DNA of 25,229 nt from Moniliella sp. 'wahieum' (Eukaryota): the NCBI GenBank assembly GCA_003971905.1, contig RSEE01000138.1, positions 124,001-149,229 of the forward strand. Reading direction: 5' to 3'. The translations under genes were made by a program, and so were the position numbers. Positions 10,019 to 20,818 of the stretch are shown piece by piece; within the stretch, counting starts at the first letter, position 1, and each line of letters begins with the position of its first letter. The notes under the pieces were generated by a model. It had not been told where the DNA came from. It ran no database searches and was given only the letters and a program-made list of their open reading frames with translations.

Positions 10019-12866
10019 ATGGCCAGCCCGCTCGCCACGCCGCGCATGGAGGAGACGATGCTGATGGACCTTTCGCTCAGCCTGACGCGCCAGCTGGCCC
10101 AGCGCCTCCAGTCGTCGCCCTCGTGCTCGGGCGGGCCCGCTGCGGCTGCCGCCTCGTCGCCGCTCGCCACGCCCTCGCCGGCCAAGCGGCAGCTGCCCGT
10201 GGGATCCGAGATGACCACGCTCGCCTTCAGCCCCGAGTGCTACAATGCGCATCGCCCGCGCGACCCGCTGTCGGTGCGCGCCGACGGCAGCTCCCCGCCC
10301 GCGATGGGCGCCACGACCATCGATGCGCTGGACGAAGAGCAGCTGGAGCGTCTCGCCTGGGCCGAGGAGGCACAAACCCAGCGCCACGCGGCGCCCCCCT
10401 CCCGGCCTCGCCAGTCGGCAGCCGGCCCGAACTGGGGCACGTGCCCCCGCCGGCAAGAAACGCAGCTCGGCGCATGCCGCCTCGGTTTCTGCCGGCCACA
10501 AGACCAGCTCCCCTGCAGCAGCCGCAGCGGCCACGCGCTCTTCTCGACGCCTGGGTCCTACGCGCTGCGCTGCTCCTGCTTCTGCTCCTGCTCCTGCTCC
10601 TGCTCCTGCCCGCGCACTTCCAGGAAGCAGGCCGAACCGCAGCGTGCGGCCTGGCTTGCAAGGTACGTCCCTCTGTCTTCCCCCTCTTGCCCCCCCAGCG
10701 GCTAGGCCATGCACTCACCCCCTCCCCCTTCTTTCTAGCTTCGTCCGGTCGCTCTCCTCGCATGCCACCCAGTCGGCAACGCACCGCCGCTCTCATGGCG
10801 ATCACCACAACCACAACCACACCCACCATCCCGCCGGGCCCCGATCCCCAACCTCGTCCTCACCCTCACCCTCCAGCCGAGTCCGAGCCCGAACCGCCCC
10901 GCTTCGCTCCCCGCTCCTGCCGATGCCCGGTTCCCGGCGGCTGCTCCTGTCCAGGCTGCTGCGCCACCCGGGGCCAGGACCCAAAACCAGGCCCCGAATC
11001 AGGCGGAGACACTTGCTCCGAACCTAGGTACAGTCGATGCCTCCTTCTCGGCCCTGGGGCGCGTCGTGGGACAGAGCTTGGTGCAGCGGGATGAGGCGCG
11101 GGAACGGCGTCGGCAGCGGTTGGGTCTGGCTTCTTTGATGGCCGCTCCTCCGTCGTCCCGTGCCGAGGGAGGAACGCCAGAGGCAGAGGCAGAGGCAGGG
11201 GTTGGGGCACGGGCACGGGCAGGGAAATCCGAATTCGAATCCGAATCTACCCGTCCTGCGCTTGCCCCTGTGCCCGTAGAGCGAAGCGAGCTCAATGTGC
11301 CGCCCTGCTCTGATCCCATCGTGTCCCTGCCTTGGTCCAGCAAGGCTACGCCGGGCTACCAGGTCGAGGGTAGGCACAGTTGCTTCATCGAAGCGGTGGA
11401 TCGGCCCTCTTCTTCCTCGTCTGCGCGATCCAAAGAGAACACGGGTGCACCCAAACCAAGCAAGCCAAGCAAGAAACGTACCGCCCAAGAGGAGCCACCT
11501 CTCCCCCCAAGTGGACCGGTATGCGGCCCCGAAGACCCCATCCGTACCTCTGCACCTCTTTCCCGCCTCCCTCCTGCCTGTCCTGCAGGCAAAACACCAG
11601 CTGGCTTTGTGTTCTTGGATCTTGGCAGCCAACCTGTACCTAAGCGCCTCCCCCCTGGTTCGGGCGGGACGAGCCGCTCAGGCGCTGGGACAAGCGCAGA
11701 GCCCACTGCGTCGCAGTTGGGTTGGGAGCAGGATCGCGCTGCGCCGAGGCAAAGCGGGGAACGCGGGGAACGCCGACAAGTGGATGAACCATTGGGATCT
11801 TGCCCGTCGCCCAAGCCAGGTGTGGGAGACCCTGAGGAGGGTTTGACGGTGACCCGACGTGGCTCTTCCTCGCTGGACGTGGATGAGAAGGAGGACGAGG
11901 ACGTGGGCGTGGACATGGACATGGATTTGGTCCGGGACTCCTCCCCTCGAGTGGGCAGCGAGCCACGGCGGCGCCTCCCCCCACGCGAGCGAGCAAGCGG
12001 CTAGGCAGTAGCCAACCCCTCCGTCCGTCCCTCAGTCGTCGCACTGGTCGACCGCGCACCCACCAGGCCGCCCCAGCTGCCAAACGCACCCCCATCGCAT
12101 TGCCGCATCCAGCGCCGCTCCCACCCGGCTCACACGCGCCCGGCGCGCGCCGGCCGACCCGAGTCCCACTCCTTCCGATCCTACCGCTCCCACCGATTCT
12201 GCCGCTCCCTCTCCCCCGCCCACCCCGTCCCATCCCACGGGCTTCCGCCAAACTTCGACGGGCCAATGGGTGCCCATCTGTGCGCCGGCGCGCACCGGCG
12301 CCGCAGCTCGACTGGCAGCACGTCTCGCAGCCAAGCCCACCCGCGACGGCGGGCGCGACCAACCTGCTGTCCCGGTGCCGCGGCAGCCCCTCGCCCACCC
12401 CGTCCCCGCGTGGCTGCAGCAGCGCAAGGCCCAGATCGCGGCGGAGGCAGAACAGCGAGCGCAGCGGGAAGCCGAGCTGGTGCGGAGGGAAACGCTAGCG
12501 GCGCACCGGTTGGCGGCGCAGCGGCGGGCTCAAGCGATCGCCGGTGCAGCGAGCAAGGCCAAGGACAGTAAGGACAGCGGGACGCGAAGGTGTGGGCGTG
12601 CACCGCCGTCGGCGTTGGCGGTGCGCGCGGCCGAACGGGCGCGCTGGACCCAACTGCGGGATGCGCACCAGGCTGTGGTGGAGCGTGCGCGCGCCGAGGC
12701 GCTCGAGCAAAAGTACTTGCAGGACGAAGCGGATCGGCGCGCTTTGGCCCGCTCCCTCGCCCTTGCTCACCGCGCCAATCCCGTCCCGGCTTGGTACAAG
12801 AACCGTCCGCACAAGAACACCTCACCTGGCGTCGCTCCTGACCAGGATCACCACCAGTGCCAATGA
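10019..12866 (+). CDS. Low-complexity protein with a C-terminal TPX2-like (targeting protein for Xklp2) domain; 1 intron, apparent frameshifts
   Basis: ATG 10019 opens MASPLATPRMEETMLMDLSLSL with GC3-rich codons. The C-terminus LAVRAAERARWTQLRDAHQAVVERARAEALEQKYLQDEADRRALARSLALAHRANPVPAWYK fits the TPX2 C-terminal pattern (RA.ER...charged helix...R+ANPVP). The middle is S/P/R-rich and spread over several frames, so continuity as one gene is inferred. Confidence 0.65.
10663..10738 (+). other. Spliceosomal intron (76 nt) in the TPX2-like gene
   Basis: AG|GTACGT...CACTCAC...pyrimidine tract...TTTCTAG. Splicing removes the TAG at 10703-10705 and gives RAAWLASFVRSLSS. Confidence 0.8.
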
Positions 12867-12955
12867 CGTCCGTGTCCATGCCCACGGTCACGATGCCCAC
12901 AGCAGCAATCCCAATCATCATGGTAACCGTAACGGTAAGGACACGAAAGCCTCTC

Positions 12956-12997
12956 CCTTGCCTTGCCTTTTGCCTGCCTTGTCTTGTCTTGTCTTGC
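12956..12997. repeat. Degenerate pentamer repeat (CCTTG/TCTTG)n in the 3' region between TPX2-like gene and LYS2
   Basis: ccttg ccttg cctttt gcctg ccttg tcttg tcttg tcttg. Confidence 0.7.
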
Positions 12998-13656
12998 ACT
13001 CTGCTCTGAGTCCCTCTGCGCTGGGCGGGCGGGATGCGAGCGGGGCTGCTTGCCTGGCTCCCGATGGGCTGTGGAGGAGTAACGGGCTGGGTACTTGGCA
13101 CGGGCCATGGCTGTCATGTGCCTGTGCCTGCTGGATGCCAGACGGTTGCTCGTCGGATGCGCTTCCCCCCCCACTTGTACTACGGCTTCCTAACTGTAAC
13201 TGTAACAACGGGACTGTAACTGGAACCGGGACTAGGTGCTCAGTTCCCCTTGGTCTGTTTTGCTTTCTCCTCTCTCCCCGCGCCGGACTGCCGAGTTCGA
13301 CTGCAGGCGAGTACTCGTCTTTTCAACACTCCTGTCGTATTACATTGGCCTGCCTCAGGCTTCATGTCCTGTTCATGACGTTCATGCATGCCAGTCAACT
13401 CTGTCGGAACTATGGTTTGGTAGGTGCCCCCTCGCAGTGTCCAGGGACTGAGGACTAAGGGTGAAGCCGACCCCGCACTGGGCAGATCCGGCTTCGCGTG
13501 CACAGCAACAGGACTCAGTACTCAGGCCGAAACGGTAGATGGAATTGCAGGCAAGATAGTACGGCAGCACAGCAGAGGGGGGGAGCAGTTGCGCTAGTAG
13601 TTATACGAGCCACCTCTCCTTTAGTAGTACCTATCGCGCGAGGCGGGGGAGGGGAG

Positions 13657-16600
13657 TTAATGCGCCGAGGCGCGGCCCAGGGCCGCCTTGGCATCGGCCG
13701 TGACCTTGGGCAGAGGCAAGACGGTCCGAGGGGCGTGCTCTTCGCCTTGCTCGTGCGCGCTGGACACGGGCGTGCCCACGGCGCGCGTCGGCTTGGGCAA
13801 GAACCCAACGGCAGTGAGCCAGGCGAGGTACAGGCCCAGCGTGTCGGTCGTCATGCCGGCGACAACGCCGTCGGCCGGCGCTTCGTGGGCGGCGGTGAGG
13901 ATGCGCAGCGTGTTGCGGTCGTCGAGCGAAGGCGACTTGGTCGACGTGGGCAAGTCGTCCAGGACAAAGTGCAGGAGCGGGAACAGGGCATTGTCCTCGT
14001 CGTTGGAGCCGGTGGCGCTGCTGCTGCGCAAGACGTGTTCCTCGAGATGCTTGCGCCAGGTCATGTACTCTTCGCGCGCGACAGGCCAGCCATAGAGCGC
14101 GAGCGAGCCCAGCACCAGGTCGTACGTCACCTTCGGGTGGCCCTCGACGTGGAACACGGGCGTCGGCGTGAAGGGCTGGCCGAGCGCCGAGGCCGACTGC
14201 AGCACGCGCTCGGCGGGCAGCGTAATGTCCAGCGCAGCGAGCGCCGTGATGCGCGCCACATGGTCCACGGGCACCATGTTGACCAGGTTGCGGATCTCAG
14301 CGTACGCGCCGAGCTGCGCACACCCCTTGATCAGCCGCACCAGGAAATCGTCCGTGTTGCTCGTGCCCGTCTGCGCGTCGCCGACCACGTACCCGGGACG
14401 CACGATCCCGGCCCGAGCGCCGCGCGCGACGGCCGCCATGACCAGCTGCTCCGCCACCCACTTCGACTGCCCGTACCCCGTCTTGAGCCCCGTCCGGCTC
14501 CCGCCCAGGTCGTCGCTCTCCGGCACCCCGGCGCCCTGCCCCGACGACGCGAGCGAGTCGCTCAGATCCGTATAGTAGCTCGTGTCCAGCGCCGACGTCG
14601 ACGAGACAAACGTCAGCGTCTTGGCCTGCCCCGTGCCGGCCAGCTGCAGGAGCGCTTGCGTGCTCAGCACATTCGCCGCGCGCAGCCGCTGGTACGGGTA
14701 CACCCAGTGCACCTGCGTCAAAACAACAACAACCACACGTACCGGTCAGTACACTCCATCCAATCCAATCCACCCCGCTCGCCAGGCAAAGTCCACGTAC
14801 CAAAGCGCCATTGTGGATGATCACATCCACCTCCTTGGCCAGCCGGTCCCACGTCGGCTTGTCGACGCCCAGCCGTTCCTTTTCGAGGTCGCCTACGACC
14901 GCCTCCACCCGGCCAGCGGACACCCAGGACGGGTCCCACACGCCGCGGTTGGTGCCTGCGGCCTGGAGACGCTGCAGGCCGGCCTCGGTGTCCTTGGCCC
15001 GCACGTGGGCCAAGACGCGCTTGACGCACGTCCGCTTCCGCAGCAAGTCGGCCAACACGTAGCTGCCCAAAAAGCCCGTCGCACCCGTCAAGAGCACGGT
15101 GAGCTGCTCGGTCGCCGGCGGGCGGGCGGGTAGACTTCGGGCAAGTCGGCAACGAGCGGAGCCAGGTCCGAAGCATAGTCCGTCTCGTCGGCCGCGGCCA
15201 CCGCCTCGGCCTCCTTGGCCCCAGGCACCGACAAGCCCAACGCACCGTCCTGCGCGCGGATCGTGTCGATGGCCTGGGCGAGGCCAGCGACCGTCGGGTG
15301 GTCAAACACGACGCCCAAGGGCACGTTGATGACGAATGCCTTGCGCAGCTCAAACACCAAGCGCGTAGCCAAGATCGAATGGCCACCCAGGTCAAAGAAA
15401 CTCTCGTCCATCGGCACGGGCTGCGCAGGCCAGGCAAGAGCTGCGTCCACAGCTGCGCCACGGTCGTTTCCGTCGCACTCTGCGGCCGCGCATGGGCGGC
15501 GTGCGAATGATGCGAACGGTGCGTCGCGCCGCGCGGCATTGGCCAGCGCCCGTCGGGGAAGGGCAGTGCAGGCTTGTCAATCTTGCCGTTCGGGTTGAGC
15601 GGCATTTTGCTCATGGGCACAAAGTGCGTCGGCACGCTGTACGACGGCAGTTTGCGCTTGAGAAACTCGCGAATGTCCTTGATCAGCAGCCGGTACTTTT
15701 TCACGGCGCGCACCAGTGCCACATCGCGCGCCGACGACGCTCCGGTGGACGCCGCACCACCACCAGCAGCTTCCTCCCCGACGCGGCCGAGCTCAGCTCT
15801 TCTTCAAACTCGACCGCGCCAGCACCGGGAACAAAGTACGACACTAGCACCTTGTCCTCGTTCTTGTCGCGCCGCACCAGCGTCACATTCTCCCGCACAT
15901 GCGGGTGGCGCGACAGGTGCGTGTCAATCTCCCCGAGCTCGATGCGGAAACCACGAATCTTCACCTGGTCGTCTGCGCGGCCGGTGCACTCAACCGTGCC
16001 GTCGGGCAGGAACGACCCAAGTCGCCCGTGCGGTACATCCGGTCCCGTACGCCCTTCCAAAACTGCCCAGCCGGCGTGCCCTGCAGCGTATCGGGCCACT
16101 GCAGATCCGTCGCCAAAAAGTTCGGCACAAACTTTTCCAAACTCATCTCGGCCGGGCCTAGGTAGCCCTCGGCCAAGCCGCCTGAGCGAACGTAAATCTC
16201 ACCCACCTCGCCCACGGCCGTGGTGACCGTGCGGTCGTTCCGGTTGACCACGAGCAGCTGCACATCAATCATGCCCTGTCCGGCGGGCATAATGTCCTTC
16301 TGGCTGCGCAGAAACGCCGCGTCGGCCGTGACGCTCGGCAGGGCAAAGTAGGACACGGCACGCTGCGTCTCCGTGGTGCCGTACATGTTGATGATTGTCA
16401 CATTGGCCGCGAGCGCTTGGAGACGGGTGCAGTCGCGCTTGGTCAGCACGTCGCCAACGAAAAACGCATTCTTCAGCGTCGGGATCGACGCCACCGCCTG
16501 CGCCGACAAGAGCTGGCCCATGGCCGGCGTCAGGTGGGTGACCGTAGCCTTGGTGGCCGCCATCCACTCGGCCAGGCGGCCGGGCGTACCAATGTCCTCG

Positions 16601-18349
16601 GCCGTGGGAATGTGCAGCTCAGCACCAAAAAACAGCGGCGTAAACATGTCGCGCTGAATGGGGTCATGCGCAATGCCCGACAACATGGTGAACCGGTCCT
16701 GCTCGCTCAGGCCAAACCGTTGGCCCATCCAGGGGAAAAAGTGGGTCAGGCTGTGGTGCCGACCACGGACACCTTTGGGGATACCCGTCGAACCCGAGGT
16801 GAAGCTCAACGTGCCCACCGAGTCGGGCCCAAGCACGATCCCCGTGCTCTGGGTCGCCAGCGCTTGCGAGCTGGCCAACACGTCCGTCGGGTCCGTCTCG
16901 GACGCGGCGCCACCCAAGACGACCCCCTCGGGCGTAAGCGCCAGCGCCGGCACCTCCACACGCAAGTCCAACTCGGTTTGAATGTAGTTGCGCACGGTGG
17001 GCGCCAAGCGACCAGCCTTGGCCAGCACCACCAGCGCACGCGGCTTTGCTACCTGGAGGTAAATGTTTTGTCGGCTGGCTGGGTAGGCAGGGTCAATCAC
17101 TGAAAACGTGCGCCGGCCTTGAGCGTGCCCAGCACGGCCACCACCAAGTCCACGCCCCGGTGGGCATAGACCGTGACCACTTCTTCGCGCTGCACGCCGT
17201 GCGCGAGCAAGTGGTGGGCCAACACGTTCGGCGCGGTCCAGCTCGCCATAGCTCACTTCACGCACGCTTGCCGCTGGCGCACCCAGCTCGCCTGACTTGT
17301 GGCCGTCGACACACTTTCCACCAGACAGCGTCGGTCGGTGAACTGGGCCGCGTTGCGCTCGAAAATCGACGTAATCGAGCCCTGGAACCCACACCAGTCC
17401 AAATCCGTGCGCGGGTCGGGCAAAATCTTGGCCTCGGCCGGCGTACGCAGCGCAATCGTGCCCACCACCGAGGGGGATCGGCAGCGGCAATGCTCACCAC
17501 ATGCAGCAGCTGCTGGACCAGGAAGGACATGCGCGCTTGGCTGAACAGCAGCGCATTGTAGCTCAGGTGCAGCGCAATGTCAGGCACGAGCGACTGGCGC
17601 ATGGCGCTCGCGGTGCCAAAGGTGGCGCCGTCGGGGTCGGGGTGACGCTGACGTTGCGCCGTCGTCTTGCTCCGTGCCGGGCACGGGGGCGGGCGCTGGA
17701 GGGCGTGACAAAGATGGTCAGGTCGGGTGGGGTGGGGCGGTGGTCTGGATAAATTCGCGCCCAGCACGGCCACTGGTCTCGTCCAAAAAGCGCACACGGA
17801 ACAGGGGCGTGCGCAGCGTGTCGCCCGCGGCCTGGCGGTCGGCCTCGAGGCGCTGGGCCAGCACGTCAAAGGGCAGATTGTCGGCGGCGGCCTCGGCCTC
17901 GACGGCCTGGATGCGGCGGACGACCTGCCAGAAGGCATCGCCGGGCTCGATGGGCACGCGGAGGATGAGGGGGCTGGCGTCGAGCGGGCTGCTGGAGCCA
18001 ATGACGAGGTCCGTGTCGCCGTGTAGCGGTGGAGCAGGACGGCAAAGGCGGCGAGGAGGATGTGGAAGGCGGTGGGGCCGGCGTCCTGGTCGTTGTCGTC
18101 GTCCTGGTGGTCGTCGTCGTCGTCGTCCGAGGGGGATGCGTGGGGCTCGTCGTGCTCGGTGTAGAGGGCGAGGCGGGCGATGGCGTTGCGGGAGCGGCGG
18201 TCGAGGCGGGTGGTGGTGAGGGCGGTGACGACCTGGGCGGCGGCGGGGCGGGGTAGTCGGTGGGGAGCGCGATGGGGGAGGCTGCGCAGACGCTCCACCC
18301 AGCGGTCCAGCCGGGCGGCGTCGGCGGTGGGGGTGGGGGGGGTCGGCAT
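13657..18349 (-). CDS. LYS2: L-2-aminoadipate reductase large subunit (NRPS-like: ADA/condensation-like, A, PCP, R domains); 1 intron, many apparent indel frameshifts
   Basis: N-terminal [45 protein letters not shown]-domain [108 protein letters not shown]; reductase [47 protein letters not shown]; stop TAA at 13657. Confidence 0.97.
14713..14800 (-). other. Spliceosomal intron (88 nt) in LYS2
   Basis: GTACGT...TACTGAC...GACGCAG. Splicing restores the conserved HNGAL|VHWVYPY. Confidence 0.95.
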
Positions 18350-18687
18350 GGGCTGGGGGGGTACAGGGTGGGGGGCAGAGACGGGGGAGAATATAAGCTG
18401 CGCTGTCGCTCGTATTCAGCCGCCGCACGGATGCGTTCCACCGGAAAAAAAAAAGTCCACGGCGGAGAAAGCACCTTTCCTGCTCAATGTTCACGTGTGC
18501 GTGGCTGAGCTAACAACCCTAGTGTCCCGGGGGGCAGGATTACACACAGGCGCCGTGCTGGTCGCGCCGCCCTAGCTGCCTGTGCGGTGGGTTGCCTACG
18601 ACCAGTGGGCACGAATATAACAATCGTCCTGCCTTCGCGCGCCCCTCTGCTCCGCCTGCGCCTTGCCCCTGCCTGTCCGTCCAGGCC

Positions 18688-18951
18688 ATGTCCACCATGC
18701 CCACCACCACCACCACTCTCTTCACCACCACCACCACACCATCCTCACCACCACCACCACCACCAGAGTATGTACGCCCCCCCCCCCCCCCCCCCTCCCA
18801 TCCCCACCTTAGACCAGTCCACCACAACTAACCCCCCTCCCCCCAGTATGGGCTCTGCCCCAGCTGCCACAAGGACTCCCTCTTTGCCATCCACCCCGGC
18901 ACCAAGTGCGAGGTGTGCACCGAGTGCGGATACGTCATCCGCTACCTCTAG
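18688..18951 (+). CDS. 62-aa two-exon microprotein: Thr/Pro-rich N-terminus plus TFIIB-type zinc ribbon (exons 18688-18771, 18847-18951)
   Basis: gccATG start; intron GTACGC...AACTAAC (18826-18832)...CCCCAG. Spliced product: MSTMPTTTTTLFTTTTTPSSPPPPPPEY|YGLCPSCHKDSLFAIHPGTKCEVCTECGYVIRYL*. 31 of 34 exon-2 sense codons end in G/C. An AATATAA element lies ~70 nt upstream. Confidence 0.75.
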
Positions 18952-20268
18952 CCGCCCCTTCTTCGTCCCCATCCAGCGCGCAGGTAGGAGAACCGCCTCT
19001 CTTACCCCCATCTGCATCCCCTTGTTGCTGCCCCCATCCCCCCACACGATTGCATCTCTCCTGTCCATGACACGCGCTGGCCTGGATAACTCCCTAGTCG
19101 CGCGTTTCTCAGTCGAACAGACACGCCTGTCCAACGGCCATTATCATCGGTCATCCCCATCACGTAAACCGCCACTCCAGCTCCACACTGGCCCTGCACT
19201 CTCTGCGCCATCTTGCTGCTCACACAACATCACATCTCACAGATATCGCCGTATTGATGTAGTGAGTACGGTGTATGGGTGCGCAGGCGGCGCGAGATAC
19301 TCTACTGTACCCGTAGGGCTAGCACGATACATCCTCCACGACGTGCGTTGGCGGGTGTCCTACCCTGCTCAGCCTCGCCCACCGAGAGAGCTTACCCCGC
19401 ACATGGGAACCGTCGCTACGACGCTGGTGTGCCGCTGGCCGTGGTGCCCCTTCGCGCGCAAACAGACAATCCCTCCGCAGACGAAGACACGGGACCCGAG
19501 AGCTGCCGTTGAGTTACAGCGCTGGCCGCTCCGTCAATCTGCTTCGGGGCGAGCACCGGCGCCATAATGCACACCACTACGTCTCGTCAGCTCGAATCGA
19601 ATCCGTGTGTACGTTTTATAACAGGTAAAATGAGGGCATGAGCGTGGGGCTGCTTCATTTCGCTGCTCTCTTCTCGGCGCCTGCGGCCGCGGACGAAGCA
19701 GCGTTACGGTATGGGGTCGTGGCCTGGCCCCATTCCTAGGACGCATCCGACAAGTCCAACGGGGCAGTGCGGCACCGTACCTTGATTTCTTTACCCTCTC
19801 TGGCCTGCAGAGAGCGGCGAGCTCCCCGCGCTCACCTTTGTGCTGTGTTGGCAAACGAAAAACCCCGTCCACGAACCGTGAATTGAAGCGCAAAACCAGG
19901 GTTTGGGCACGATACGCCTGCTCTCCCCCCGGGCCCACTCTTCTCACCGGTGCTCTCGCCTGGCACACCGTCGTTCGCGTTCTCTTAAGTTCTCGTTCTC
20001 GTTTTCGTTTCGTTCTCTTTCTCTGTCACACGCGTACAGTCGGGCACAGGAGGGCAAGACTCCCGAGACAGAACTGGATCCACGTCAAGGCCGAACCCCA
20101 CCCTATCTCTTCCCTGATGCCGCCTGTACTACATTTAATCTGCGGGTCTCGCGGTACACGCACAGGCCATCACGTTAGGGTGCCAATCATGGCATGAACG
20201 TTGTTCGCGCTGCGCCTCAGACGAGGTCTGGGCCACCGCACCGAGGCGTTGAGGCCTGTGGCTTGGGA

Positions 20269-20325
20269 TTGAAGCTTGGGGCTTGAAGCTTGGGGCTTGG
20301 AAGCTTGGGGCTTGAAGCTTGGGGG
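20269..20325. repeat. Tandem repeat of 14-nt unit GAAGCTTGGGGCTT (~4 copies, each with a HindIII palindrome)
   Basis: gaagcttggggctt gaagcttggggcttg gaagcttggggctt gaagcttggggg. Confidence 0.92.
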
Positions 20326-20818
20326 AACAAGAACAACCGGGCTGGGTGGGCACACTCTACTAATTGAGTCCGTTCAGGCGGGTGACGGACGGACGGACAG
20401 ACGAAAGGGGACGCCGGCCTTGTTTCCCCCCGCTTCGGGAGGGGGCGCATGGGGAATCAGGGGTGGGGTGTGAGCGGTACGTTGGTATTGGGTGGTCGTG
20501 GAAAATGAGCGATGGGATCCGTAAGGCGTTTTTGGTTTGGAGGGCAAGACGAGTCACTGAGTTGATTGGAAGCTATGTGGATCGGGCTTTAGGCGGTAGG
20601 CGGTAGGAGAGAGGTAAGGCGCGATGATGGGGTATGTGTATCAACATGCATGGGACGTGCGCAGGGGATGGGGGGGGTAGGCAGGACACGCCAACACAGC
20701 GGCCCCCACGTGATGGATCTGACCAAGGGGGGAGGCCAGCAGACCAGGAGACCAGGAAACCCGGAGAACAGGAGAGTAGGAAAGCAGGGGGGCAGGCCCA
20801 GACGCGTCGATGGCCTCG

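Noticed and set aside
10568..10610. CSCFCSCSCSCSC metallothionein-like or poly-Leu signal-like stretch
   Set aside because: It is a (CTCCTG)n hexamer repeat that reads as APAPAP in the third frame. With nearby indels the frame is uncertain, and low-complexity Ala-Pro is the simpler reading.
13498..14820. 440-aa plus-strand ORF and similar long antisense ORFs over LYS2, the helicase and the SNF1 beta gene
   Set aside because: Shadow ORFs expected from high GC3 coding sequence on the opposite strand; no motifs.
13657..18349. Secondary-metabolite NRPS-like gene cluster
   Set aside because: The signatures ([26 protein letters not shown]) are those of primary-metabolism Lys2, and the neighbours are not tailoring enzymes or transporters.
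9938..18497. TCACGTG E-boxes upstream of the TPX2-like gene (9939) and LYS2 (18491) as a shared regulon
   Set aside because: The same word also occurs inside coding or 3' regions (~4229, ~6501, ~20707), so promoter enrichment is not evident.
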